The notes under the pieces are model-generated. The model was not told the origin of the DNA. It did not search any database and saw only the letters and a list, made by a program, of their open reading frames with translations. Below, piece by piece: positions 28,286-37,891 of a DNA stretch of 64,000 nt. The stretch lies in NCBI GenBank assembly GCA_965279035.1, contig OZ257142.1, positions 1,344,001-1,408,000 of the forward strand, in the 5' to 3' direction. The stretch is from Bacteroidia bacterium (GTDB taxonomy: Bacteria; Bacteroidota; Bacteroidia; M30B66). The number at the start of each line of letters is the position of its first letter. Within the stretch, counting starts at the first letter, position 1. Position numbers and translations under genes: made by a program.

Positions 28286-28660
28286 ATCTATAGGTTCCCA
28301 GAGTTCAATTTTGTTTCCTTCAGCATCGAGAATATGAACGAATTTACCGTAGTCGTATGTTTCGATTGCATCAAGAATGGTAACGCCTTCTTTTTTTAAT
28401 TCTTCTACTAAGGCTTCCAAATCTGCAACGCGATAATTAATCATGAATTCGCGCGGAGATGGATCAAAATACTTCGTTGTTTCGGGGAAGGGCGTCCACT
28501 GAGTTTGAGCTTTTTTACTAGCATCATCGCCCTCAAACCATTCGAATGTTGCACCGTATGGATTGGTTTCTAAACCGAGGTGTTTTTGGTACCATTCGGT
28601 TACTTTTTTAGGGTCTTTGCATTTGAAAAATATGCCGCCAATACCTGTTACTTTTTTCAT
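28283..28660 (-). CDS. VOC/glyoxalase family protein (no signal peptide)
   Basis: MKKVTGIGGIFFK, FMINYRV, DAEGNKIELWEP. Confidence 0.9.
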   Translation of the reverse strand: MKKVTGIGGIFFKCKDPKKVTEWYQKHLGLETNPYGATFEWFEGDDASKKAQTQWTPFPETTKYFDPSPREFMINYRVADLEALVEELKKEGVTILDAIETYDYGKFVHILDAEGNKIELWEPID

Positions 28661-28768
28661 AAATTTTAGATCAGATTAAATTGTATGTCTACATTCAAAA
28701 CTAAACATTTAATTATGTTCTTGATATATGCACGTGTTATGTTTAGATAATATGCAGTTATGCAGAAA

Positions 28769-29146
28769 TTATTTTTTATTCAATCGATACATTAAGGCTC
28801 CCACAATTCCACTCATAACCAAGGCACTCAAAATTAAAGGAACTTCGTTTTTAGAAATTCCAAAATAGAGATCTCCCAGTAATACAATCAATAAAAAGAG
28901 ATAGGAAATATTCAACATGGGTACCGATTTTTTAATCGTAGCCCAAGCAAAAATTACCCCCAATGCAAGTTGTCGTATAGCCCACATGTTTTTCAAGTCA
29001 TCTACACCAGTTGCTTTAAAGTCAACAGTTTCCATCATCGATTCTGGTGCAACAAACAGGGCAATACTTACGAGCAATTCAAGTATAGCAAAAAGTCCAG
29101 AAACAATGAGGATCCAATTTGGTAAAGTGGATTGTTTTGTATTCAT
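28769..29146 (-). CDS. Small 4-TM membrane protein
   Basis: 125 aa hydrophobic; WAIRQLALG and GD motifs (DUF4267-like). Confidence 0.65.
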   Translation of the reverse strand: MNTKQSTLPNWILIVSGLFAILELLVSIALFVAPESMMETVDFKATGVDDLKNMWAIRQLALGVIFAWATIKKSVPMLNISYLFLLIVLLGDLYFGISKNEVPLILSALVMSGIVGALMYRLNKK

Positions 29147-29287
29147 GAGCCGAATTCTTATAAATAGTTAATTGAATTATGGGCTAATATACAATCTAAG
29201 TATTTAAATTAGTATGAGAAAAAAAAGCTTAAAATTAACTATGCTAAGTATTTGAACGCTGTATTATATCAATGTACAGAATTCATT

Positions 29288-29524
29288 TTAACGTTGCAAC
29301 TCATGGACTTCTATTGATTTTACTAATTGATGTTTGATTGTACTTACAGGGCAAATATCTTCACATTTCATGCAAGCAATAGTGCATGGAGTATTGACGG
29401 CTATCGTATCGAATGAGGAGATGAATCCAGCTTCATGTGGACAAACCGCAACACAAGCTCCACAATTAATACATGCATTCCATCCTATTTGAAATATGAC
29501 TGAATCATTGAGTTTCTTATTCAT
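29288..29524 (-). CDS. 2x[4Fe-4S] ferredoxin
   Basis: CINCGACVAVCP and CTIACMKCEDICP. Confidence 0.88.
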   Translation of the reverse strand: MNKKLNDSVIFQIGWNACINCGACVAVCPHEAGFISSFDTIAVNTPCTIACMKCEDICPVSTIKHQLVKSIEVHELQR

Positions 29525-30699
29525 TAGAATTTTTTATAGCTAGAAAATGGATTAAAATAATTGGATAAGGTTTCATATAATTTTAGATTTTGTTCGATTA
29601 TATCTTTCTCATTAAAAATTGATTTTTTAAGTTCATACAATTGCCACATTTTATTGCCAATTGCATCAAGCCAACGATGTTGATATTCTTGAAGATTTTC
29701 AGCTTTTGTATTGTTTCCAGCTTGTATCCATTCTGCAAGAAATTGACCAGCTATTTCGCCTCCTTTTAAAGCGGTATGGATCCCTCCGCCCGTTATGGGG
29801 TTTACGTGTCGAGCAGCATCGCCCACTAAAATTAAATTATCAGCAAATTGAGTACGTAATGGTGATGCAAGTGGAACTCCACCACCTTGTACTTCAATAA
29901 TTCGTGCATGTTTGAGTCGTTCTTTTAGAAAGGAATTTTTTATAAAATGATCTAAATGCCATTGTGCATTCTGAGTTGTCATTGTACGAATAACTCCGAG
30001 ACCAATCTCAGTATAGCTATTCCCTTTTGGGAAAATCCATGCATAACCACCTGGAGCCCATTCATGACCTGTAATTATTTCAAGCAATCCATTTGTTTCT
30101 ACTCCATCTACAACAAATTGAAGGCAACTGGCTAGTTCCGTCATTTTAATATGCTTATTCAAGCCCGCCCATTTACCTACCTGAGATTGCAGTCCATCAG
30201 CTCCAACTAAAATGTGTGTTCGAATTACAAAATCTTGATTGAATTTTCGCAAATTAACTTCGCATGTTTTATCATCTAATGGAGTATAGTTTATTCCTTC
30301 TGTTTTAAACCAAACTTCTGCTCCAACTCTTTCTGCTAAGGTGATTAGGTATCGATCAAAACGGCGCCGATCTACGATGTATCCTAATGGTTTTTTATCA
30401 TTACCAATTCCATATTTTTCTGGTTTAAGTAAACGGTAATCAATATTCGATTGATCTCCTTGCTCGTTGTATATAACAAAGCCATAAATTGAATCTAATA
30501 CAAATTCAGAATTTGGTTCAATGTTTACTTCTTCTAAAGCACTGGCACTTAATGCCCCTGAGCATTGTATTGGAGCTCCCAATTCTTGTCTCTTATCAAC
30601 GAGAAGTACTTTTAAACCTTTTTGTGCGGCAATGCGAGCAGTTGTAGAACCAGCAGGCCCGCAACCTATAATTACAACGTCATAATCAACTGTTTTCAT
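29524..30699 (-). CDS. Geranylgeranyl reductase family FAD oxidoreductase
   Basis: GCGPAG, DRRRFD, GADG, GGYAWIFPK, GDAA..VNPITGGGI. Confidence 0.88.
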   Translation of the reverse strand: MKTVDYDVVIIGCGPAGSTTARIAAQKGLKVLLVDKRQELGAPIQCSGALSASALEEVNIEPNSEFVLDSIYGFVIYNEQGDQSNIDYRLLKPEKYGIGNDKKPLGYIVDRRRFDRYLITLAERVGAEVWFKTEGINYTPLDDKTCEVNLRKFNQDFVIRTHILVGADGLQSQVGKWAGLNKHIKMTELASCLQFVVDGVETNGLLEIITGHEWAPGGYAWIFPKGNSYTEIGLGVIRTMTTQNAQWHLDHFIKNSFLKERLKHARIIEVQGGGVPLASPLRTQFADNLILVGDAARHVNPITGGGIHTALKGGEIAGQFLAEWIQAGNNTKAENLQEYQHRWLDAIGNKMWQLYELKKSIFNEKDIIEQNLKLYETLSNYFNPFSSYKKF

Positions 30700-30875
30700 A
30701 CCGAATTTTCATACTCACACAGATGCTTATTAGCTATACATGATAGAGCATGAAAGATGATTAATCTGACTCAGTATGTAGCTACAGAATTTTTATATAT
30801 AAATACATTATTCACATATTTTATGGAAGCATTAAAATAAGAAATGGAGATAAATAATAAATTGATTGGAATAAA

Positions 30876-31397
30876 TTAATCTAATATTTTGAGCATTACT
30901 CTATTGTCGTAAGAATTGACTTCCATCTGAAAGGGAGCATTCCCAATCCATTGGTATTCATGTTTTTCATAAAATGAAATGGCACGTTGATTTGATATCA
31001 AAACCCACAACCAAATTTGTTTTTCTCCTGCATTCTTCACTGTATTTTCGGCTAATTCCATGAGTTTGGCGCCAATTCCTTTTCCACAGAACCATTCTAA
31101 AATATAGAGTTTGTTGAGTTCGGGAGCGATAATATTTCCACAAGGACATTGCTTATTCCATTCTAATTCGGCAACTCCAACTAGGTTATTTTGATATTCG
31201 GCAACTAATATACAATCGGGGTTTTGCTGTATTGTTTTTTCAATGCGCTCAATTGAAAATTGCTGTGTGGTGAAATTTGCAAACTCATCTGAAACACCAT
31301 AAATCCCATAGGTTTGAATATATACTTGCTTATATAAAATAGCTAACTTTTTTGCATCTGATAATTGGGCATTTCTAAAATGAAAGGTTGATTCCAT
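30876..31397 (-). CDS. GNAT acetyltransferase (PaiA-like)
   Basis: ELNKLYI...GKGIGAKL, WLWV...NQRAISFYEK. Confidence 0.88.
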   Translation of the reverse strand: MESTFHFRNAQLSDAKKLAILYKQVYIQTYGIYGVSDEFANFTTQQFSIERIEKTIQQNPDCILVAEYQNNLVGVAELEWNKQCPCGNIIAPELNKLYILEWFCGKGIGAKLMELAENTVKNAGEKQIWLWVLISNQRAISFYEKHEYQWIGNAPFQMEVNSYDNRVMLKILD

Positions 31398-31470
31398 TAT
31401 TATTTCGAATAAATATTTAATTCTCTCCTAGGTTTTGAATTTCGAACTATTCAATGGTATTCATAATTAA

Positions 31471-31917
31471 TTATTTTTTGAGATCCGGATTTCCTTTTCC
31501 TGTAGTAATGAGTGGCAATAAACTGTTTTTCAAGTAATGCGTCCAGCCATTTGAACATGCTTCGAAGCATTGCAAATCTGGGATAAGTCCAAAATGTGTA
31601 ATGGTAAGTAGTGTTTTATCTTGATGTTTTGATATTTCAAAAATTACCTGAGTATTATTCCATTCATCTTGTTTTTCAACGAAGGTTAATTGGCTTTCTA
31701 AAGTTAACCAAACTACTTTTTTATCTGGAATAACTTCGATGAGTTTATGTTTTGAATAGTGGAAATCACCATGTCGGTAGCTGAATTCATCGTTTTGGTT
31801 TTCAGAATTCCCGACCAATTCTTCCGACCACCATGCGCGTACGTTTCGAATGGCATTAAATACTTCTTGAGGAGTTTGATCTACTGTAAATGAGATACTG
31901 AAATGGTGATTATTCAT
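31471..31917 (-). CDS. SRPBCC/AHSA1 domain protein
   Basis: VFNAI.NVRAWW, EWNNT...FEI, CFEACSNGW. Confidence 0.85.
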   Translation of the reverse strand: MNNHHFSISFTVDQTPQEVFNAIRNVRAWWSEELVGNSENQNDEFSYRHGDFHYSKHKLIEVIPDKKVVWLTLESQLTFVEKQDEWNNTQVIFEISKHQDKTLLTITHFGLIPDLQCFEACSNGWTHYLKNSLLPLITTGKGNPDLKK

Positions 31918-32085
31918 AGGATATTTTGAGTGTATTTAAAGTTAAATTAGACAAATGGATTGCAATTTTAATTATTTAATCTATGAAATACGATTTACGA
32001 ATTTATGATCAGTATATTGAATCAAGAATGGAATTAAAAAACAAAATGATTGTCATTCTAAAATGAATTATACTAACTGCATTTC

Positions 32086-32167
32086 GCACAAGGGATTGAG
32101 CCAGAGGAACGAAGCGACGAGGCGAAAGCCCGGTTCTGTTGGCGACGAAGGAGACAGCAGAATGTGC
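32086..32167. other. GC-rich structured intergenic element (Flavo-1-like candidate)
   Basis: Stems GCACA/TGTGC, GGG-ATTGAG-CC...GG-CGAAAG-CCC, TTCTGTT/AGCAGAA. Confidence 0.45.
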
Positions 32168-32171
32168 CCAA

Positions 32172-33509
32172 TTATTCTAATTCTTTCAATATTCTCCAAC
32201 TCTTCGGTAAAGCATTATTTATTCTGTTTGGTAACACATTTCCCCAGCCCAATCCCAAACCTTGGTAATTCATTCGATGCCAGCCACGGATATCGCTGCG
32301 ACCGGCTAATGCTTCTTTTTTTAAGTAGTGCAAGGCTTCGTCGCGGCTAAGTTCTAATTGAGGAATATTGTTTTTCAACAACGTGCTCAATGCCATTTCG
32401 TGAGATGGTAAAAAATCTTTTCCTTTCATTTCACCAGCTAGAATTCCACATTTCAGAATATGTAAATGTTTTAATAAAGGTGGAATGGTATCGAGTAATT
32501 GGGCTGGTAAAATACTCGCTCCTAAATGTGTTTCGGAATACAGAAAGTCATCGGGATTTGTCATCCAGTGTGCTACTTGAGGAGGAATGCTTACTGGACG
32601 GAATGCTGGTTTGTGATAGGGATTTTCTGCCTCAGATGTTTTCCGGATTGCCGATAAATAAAATCCTTCACCCAAAATATTTCCTGGGTAGAAACGATAG
32701 CCCATCGCTGTTTTTACTAGTCCGGGATGTGCATCCAAGGAAGGAATATTCAGGATTTCGGCATCGAGTTCTTCGGAAATAAATCTACTTAAATGCTCAT
32801 CTTCAGCTTCGGAATAACTGCAGGTAGAGTAGAGGAGAAGTCCACCCTCTTTCAATGCTGGCCATACATCGGTGATAATACGTTCTTGTCGCGCAGCACA
32901 ATGAATTACCGCATCTTCCGACCAATGATTCATCGCAGCTGGATCTTTCCGAAACATACCGGAACCACTGCAGGGTGCATCAACCACCATAACATCGAAG
33001 AAGCCTTCTAGTTTCCCAAATTGACGAGGATCGTTATTGCTCACAATCGTATTGGCACTTCCCCAACGAATGAGGTTTTCATTTAAGATTCCTGCACGAC
33101 TTCGAATCACTTCATTAGCTACCAAGATTCCTTCACCTGCTAACCACGAAGCGATCAACGTGCTTTTTCCGCCTGGTGCTGCACATAGGTCTAAAACACG
33201 GATTTGAGCTTTCTCCTGCACTAAATCGTTCAACGCCGACCAAATGCTCATGGAGCTTGCTTCTTGCACGTAATACGCTCCGGTATGAAACAATGGATCG
33301 AGTGTAAAATCGGGGCGTGTAGGAAGGTAGCGTCCGTGTGAGCACCAATCTACTTTGGCTTCGAATTCAAAGGCTGAGCTTGGTTTTTCGGGATTCAGTC
33401 GGATGGAAACCGGAGCAGATTGTTGATGAGCTTCATTAAATCGATCAAGACGGAGTCCTGGTAATTGACTAATATGATTCTGAAAACCCGAAGGGAAAAT
33501 AATTGGCAT
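32172..33509 (-). CDS. RsmF/NOL1/NOP2 rRNA m5C methyltransferase
   Basis: YYVQEASSM, LDLCAAPGGKS, VDAPCSG, YSTCS. Confidence 0.92.
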   Translation of the reverse strand: MPIIFPSGFQNHISQLPGLRLDRFNEAHQQSAPVSIRLNPEKPSSAFEFEAKVDWCSHGRYLPTRPDFTLDPLFHTGAYYVQEASSMSIWSALNDLVQEKAQIRVLDLCAAPGGKSTLIASWLAGEGILVANEVIRSRAGILNENLIRWGSANTIVSNNDPRQFGKLEGFFDVMVVDAPCSGSGMFRKDPAAMNHWSEDAVIHCAARQERIITDVWPALKEGGLLLYSTCSYSEAEDEHLSRFISEELDAEILNIPSLDAHPGLVKTAMGYRFYPGNILGEGFYLSAIRKTSEAENPYHKPAFRPVSIPPQVAHWMTNPDDFLYSETHLGASILPAQLLDTIPPLLKHLHILKCGILAGEMKGKDFLPSHEMALSTLLKNNIPQLELSRDEALHYLKKEALAGRSDIRGWHRMNYQGLGLGWGNVLPNRINNALPKSWRILKELE

Positions 33510-33520
33510 ACGGTAAAACT

Positions 33521-33549
33521 AAAAAAGCACCCCGAATTGGAGTGCTTTT
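33521..33549 (-). terminator. Terminator of the thrS-infC-rpmI-rplT operon
   Basis: AAAAAAGCACCCC-GAATT-GGAGTGCTTTT. Confidence 0.75.
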
Positions 33550-33569
33550 GAGAAAGAAAAGGTGTCAGA

Positions 33570-33914
33570 TTATTTTACCGCATCGCAGATAGCTTTGAAA
33601 GCTTCTGGATTGTTCATCGCCAAATCGGCAAGAACTTTACGGTTAATCTGGATGTTTTTCGCGTGGATTTTACCCATGAATTCGCTGTATGACATTCCGT
33701 GTTGACGAACACCGGCGTTAATACGCTGGATCCACAATCCGCGGAAATTCCGTTTTTTGGTTTTACGGTCGCGATAAGCATAGGTAAGACCTTTCTCAAG
33801 AATATTCTTCGCAATAGTGAAGACGTTCTTGCGGGCACCCCAATAGCCCTTGGTCTGGTTGAGGATTTTCTTTCTCCTTGCGCGTGAGGCAACGTGGTTG
33901 ACTGAACGTGGCAT
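33570..33914 (-). CDS. rplT: 50S ribosomal protein L20
   Basis: [16 protein letters not shown]...[20 protein letters not shown]. Confidence 0.98.
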   Translation of the reverse strand: MPRSVNHVASRARRKKILNQTKGYWGARKNVFTIAKNILEKGLTYAYRDRKTKKRNFRGLWIQRINAGVRQHGMSYSEFMGKIHAKNIQINRKVLADLAMNNPEAFKAICDAVK

Positions 33915-33995
33915 GGTTTAGTTGGTGTTGTGATGAACAGCGTTACGCCTTTCGGGTACACTTAGTACTGAGCATCTGGTTAAAAAAAATTGATT

Positions 33996-34193
33996 TTACT
34001 TTCCAATCGTTAACATACGTTTAACGAGACCTTCATCAGCCTTGCAAACCAAACCAGAATGGCCTAGACGACGCTTCTGATCTTTTGATTTCTTGGTGAG
34101 AATGTGCCGCATAAACGCATGCTTGCGTTTGATTTTTCCAGAAGCCGTCAGCTTGAAGCGCTTTTTGGCACTGGAATTTGTTTTCATTTTCGG
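33996..34193 (-). CDS. rpmI: 50S ribosomal protein L35
   Basis: [24 protein letters not shown]...HILTKKS. Confidence 0.97.
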   Translation of the reverse strand, partial: PKMKTNSSAKKRFKLTASGKIKRKHAFMRHILTKKSKDQKRRLGHSGLVCKADEGLVKRMLTIGK

Positions 34194-34219
34194 CATTGTG
34201 AATTGTATTTGAGTTTTAC

Positions 34220-34786
34220 TTATTTCTTCTTTTTGGGAGACAGATACATAATCATCCGTTTTCCTTCCAGTTCTGGCATGCTTTCCGGCTTGCCAAGTTC
34301 TTCTAGTTCAGCAGCGAATTTCAATAATAGAATTTCACCTTTTTCTTTGAAGAGAATCGAACGACCCTTGAAGAAAACAAATGCTTTCACTTTGGATCCT
34401 TCTTGAAGGAATTTACGTGCATGATTCAATTTGAAGTTGAAGTCATGCTCATCTGTATTTGGCCCGAAACGAACTTCCTTCACCACAATCTTTGTGGCTT
34501 TGGCTTTCATTTCTTTTTGTTTCTTTTTCTGTTCGTAGAGAAACTTTTTATAGTCAATCACTCTACAAACTGGAGGATCAGCATTGGGAACGATTTCTAC
34601 CAAATCCAATTCTTGATCACGCGCTATTCGTAAAGCTTCCTCAAAAGAGTAAACGGCAGGTTCAATGCCATCTCCAACGAGTCGAACTTGTGGTACACCA
34701 ACAATTTTTAAGTTGATGCGATGTGCTTCTTCTTTTTTCTGCGGTCCCCGGTTAAACGGCCGTGGAGAGCGCGGTGGCATTGCTAT
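34220..34786 (-). CDS. infC: Translation initiation factor IF-3 (probable ATA start)
   Basis: RIN..I....[24 protein letters not shown]; GGAGG lies 9 nt upstream of the in-frame ATA at 34786. Confidence 0.95.
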   Translation of the reverse strand: MAMPPRSPRPFNRGPQKKEEAHRINLKIVGVPQVRLVGDGIEPAVYSFEEALRIARDQELDLVEIVPNADPPVCRVIDYKKFLYEQKKKQKEMKAKATKIVVKEVRFGPNTDEHDFNFKLNHARKFLQEGSKVKAFVFFKGRSILFKEKGEILLLKFAAELEELGKPESMPELEGKRMIMYLSPKKKK

Positions 34787-34802
34787 AGCTTGGGTCCTCC
34801 CT

Positions 34803-36749
34803 TCAGTTGTTAGCGTAATTGGTTTGCTTATCGACTTCCTCGTTGACCATCCTGGCAAATGCTTCCAGACTCATTGAGCCTAAGTCGCCTTCTCCATGTT
34901 TCCGGACAGAAACAGAGCCTGTTTCCTCTTCCTTCTCACCAACAACAAGCATATAAGGAGTCTTCATCATTTCAGCATCCCTAATCTTTTTGCCGGCACG
35001 TTCATCACGGTCGTCAATAGCGGCGCGAATATCGTAATTTTTAAGCAGTTGTAAAACTTTTTTTCCGTACTCATTATACTTTTCCGAAATAGGCAGTATT
35101 ACTGCTTGTTCAGGAGTTAACCATAATGGAAACTTACCTGCACAGTGCTCAATCAAGACCGCAACGAAGCGTTCTAAAGAGCCAAAAGGTGCACGATGAA
35201 TCATTACCGGACGATGTTTCGCATTATCAGCACCCATATATTCGAGTTGAAAACGCTCCGGTAAATTGTAATCTACTTGAATGGTTCCTAACTGCCAACG
35301 GCGTCCAATAGCGTCTTTCACCATGAAATCGAGTTTAGGTCCGTAAAAAGCGGCTTCACCTAATACCACAACGGTGCGTAAACCTTTCTCAGCAGCAGCT
35401 TCGATGATAGCATTTTCTGCTTTTTCCCAATTCTCGTCGCTACCAATGTATTTGCTCTTATTTTCTGGATCACGCAATGAGATTTGTGCCGTAAAGTCTT
35501 TAAAATCGAGTGCTTGAAAGATCATAAACACCAAATCAATCACTTTCAGGAACTCTTCTTTTACTTGATCAGGGCGACAGAAAATATGCGCATCATCTTG
35601 AGTAAATCCGCGAACGCGTGTTAATCCATGCAACTCACCACTTTGCTCATAGCGATACACTGTACCGAATTCGGCCAAACGAATAGGTAAATCTTTATAC
35701 GAGTGTGGTTTGTTTTTATAAATCTCGCAGTGATGCGGACAATTCATCGGCTTCAAGAAAAACTCCTCGCCCTCGGCTGGTGTTTTAATAGGTTGAAAGG
35801 AGTCGGCTCCGTATTTTTCGTAGTGCCCAGAAGTCACATACAAATCTTTATGGGCGATATGCGGAGTAATTACTTGAACATATCCAGTTGCAGCTTGAGC
35901 ACGTTTTAGATAATCAACCAAACGTTCACGAAGTGCTGTTCCTTTAGGAAGCCACATAGGTAAACCTTGTCCAACTTTTTCGGAGAACATGAATAATTCA
36001 AGCTCTTTCCCCAATTTGCGATGATCACGTTTACGAGCTTCTTCCAACAAAATGAGGTATTCATCCAAATCGGATGCTTTGGTGAAGGTGATACCATAAA
36101 TTCGAGTGAGCTGCTTGTTTTTCTCATCTCCTTTCCAATAGGCACCAGCCACATTCATCAATTTCACGGCTTTGATAAATCCGGTATCGGGAATATGTGG
36201 TCCACGGCAGAGATCAGTAAAATTACCTTGTTCGTAGAAGGTAATTGTTCCATCCTCTAAACCTTCTAATAAGTCGAGTTTGTATTCGTCTCCTTTCTCA
36301 GTGAAATAAGCAATCGCATCTGCTTTGCTCATATCTTTCCGAACATAGGCACTTTTCTTTTTAGCCAGCTCCTTCATCTTCGCTTCAACAGCAGGAAGGT
36401 CTTCGGCTGAAATAGATCGTCCACCCAAATCTAAATCATAGTAGAAACCATGTTCGATTGGAGGACCAATACCGAATTTGATACCCGGATACAATTCTTC
36501 CAATGCTTCAGCCATTAAGTGAGCTGAGCTATGCCACATGGTACGTTTTCCATCTTCATCTGTCCACGTGAGTAGTTTCACCGTCGCATCGGAGTTGATA
36601 GTTCGAGTAGCGTCTTGAACTTCTCCATTAACAGTTGCAGCAAGGACGTTACGAGCGAGTCCTTCGCTGATGCTTTTTGCGATGTCGATAGCAGTAACGC
36701 CCGATTCATATTGGCGTACCGAGCCATCAGGCAGGGTGATGTTGATCAT
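34803..36749 (-). CDS. thrS: Threonine--tRNA ligase
   Basis: TGS domain, [47 protein letters not shown]; -7 element TATCTTTG at 36771-36778. Confidence 0.98.
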   Translation of the reverse strand: MINITLPDGSVRQYESGVTAIDIAKSISEGLARNVLAATVNGEVQDATRTINSDATVKLLTWTDEDGKRTMWHSSAHLMAEALEELYPGIKFGIGPPIEHGFYYDLDLGGRSISAEDLPAVEAKMKELAKKKSAYVRKDMSKADAIAYFTEKGDEYKLDLLEGLEDGTITFYEQGNFTDLCRGPHIPDTGFIKAVKLMNVAGAYWKGDEKNKQLTRIYGITFTKASDLDEYLILLEEARKRDHRKLGKELELFMFSEKVGQGLPMWLPKGTALRERLVDYLKRAQAATGYVQVITPHIAHKDLYVTSGHYEKYGADSFQPIKTPAEGEEFFLKPMNCPHHCEIYKNKPHSYKDLPIRLAEFGTVYRYEQSGELHGLTRVRGFTQDDAHIFCRPDQVKEEFLKVIDLVFMIFQALDFKDFTAQISLRDPENKSKYIGSDENWEKAENAIIEAAAEKGLRTVVVLGEAAFYGPKLDFMVKDAIGRRWQLGTIQVDYNLPERFQLEYMGADNAKHRPVMIHRAPFGSLERFVAVLIEHCAGKFPLWLTPEQAVILPISEKYNEYGKKVLQLLKNYDIRAAIDDRDERAGKKIRDAEMMKTPYMLVVGEKEEETGSVSVRKHGEGDLGSMSLEAFARMVNEEVDKQTNYANN

Positions 36750-36846
36750 AGTATTTAAAATTCAGGGTTGCAAAGATAATCAGAAGGATGCTTGTTTTTG
36801 ATTGAAATGTGCGTGCGATTTATTTACTTTAGAGAAAATATTTGTC

Positions 36847-37296
36847 ATGACTATTTCTAGAATATTCCTTGCCCTTAGTTTGGTGCTTTCAAGTTTTACT
36901 TTAATAAATGCACAAGTTCTTAGAGAGCCTATTGTAGAACCGACTGAACCCCCTGCTGTAGATACTAAGGAACAAGTATTCACTATAGTTGAGGAGATGC
37001 CTGTTTTTGATCATGAAGGAGTTGATTTCAATACGTTCGTTGCGAAACAAATGAAATACCCACAAGAATGCGTAGATATGAGTGTTCAAGGAACTGTTTA
37101 TGTACGGTTTGTTGTTCCTGCTCAAGGAGGTGTTCGCGATATTGAAATATTAAAGTCTCCAGGGGAATGCAAAGCCTTGGAAAAGGAAGCCATTCGAATC
37201 GTAAATTTATCAAGTAAATTTTGGAAAGCAGGAAAGCTAAACGGGAAAGCCGTGAATGTTAACTTTACATTTCCAATTAAATTCAAACTTCAATAA
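36847..37296 (+). CDS. TonB C-terminal domain protein (energy transducer-like)
   Basis: Signal peptide; VEEMP.F, YP.......QGTVYVRFVV, EAIRIV, W..GK.NGK.V.V.FTFPIKF. Confidence 0.85.
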   Translation: MTISRIFLALSLVLSSFTLINAQVLREPIVEPTEPPAVDTKEQVFTIVEEMPVFDHEGVDFNTFVAKQMKYPQECVDMSVQGTVYVRFVVPAQGGVRDIEILKSPGECKALEKEAIRIVNLSSKFWKAGKLNGKAVNVNFTFPIKFKLQ

Positions 37297-37346
37297 TCTA
37301 CTTACGAGTAATCACAAGCATTCATCATTACTTCATTTTCTTACTT

Positions 37347-37817
37347 ATGCGCCTTTCCATCATTTCTTTTTTCATTCTTGTTTCATGTGTATCTTATAGT
37401 CAAACAGTTCCTCCACCGACCATATCTCATATAGATTCTAAAATAACAATGGAAGGAGCAGTAAGTCCAACTGAAAGTTTGAATTCAACAGATGCGATTT
37501 ATACTGTTGTTGAAGAATATGCGCATTACAAGGATGGAGATGCTGCCTTGATGACGTTCATTGCTAAAAACATACAATATCCTAATATTGCATTAGAGAA
37601 TGAAATACAGGGGAAAGTGTATTTAAGCTATGTAGTGAATGTGGATAGTACGATTTCGGATATTACAGTTGCTCGATCGGTTGCGGGAGGTGATATTTTG
37701 GATAATGAAGCTATTCGAGTTTTAAAGCTCACATCCGGTGAATGGGTGCCTGCAAAAAATAATGGGAAAGTAGTTCGGTGCAGAATGATATTACCTATTA
37801 TTTTTCATCTGCAATAA
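37347..37817 (+). CDS. TonB C-terminal domain protein
   Basis: YPNIALENEIQGKVY, EAIRVL, W.PAKNNGK.V....LPIIF. Confidence 0.85.
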   Translation: MRLSIISFFILVSCVSYSQTVPPPTISHIDSKITMEGAVSPTESLNSTDAIYTVVEEYAHYKDGDAALMTFIAKNIQYPNIALENEIQGKVYLSYVVNVDSTISDITVARSVAGGDILDNEAIRVLKLTSGEWVPAKNNGKVVRCRMILPIIFHLQ

Positions 37818-37891
37818 TTGATTTCAATTAAAGTTTGAGCAGAAATAAATATTCAAGCTCAATTTTAAAAAGTGAACGAAGAATTAAACTC

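Noticed and set aside
32063-32350. 95-aa plus-strand ORF
   Set aside because: Spans the structured element and the antisense of rsmF; no recognisable protein features.
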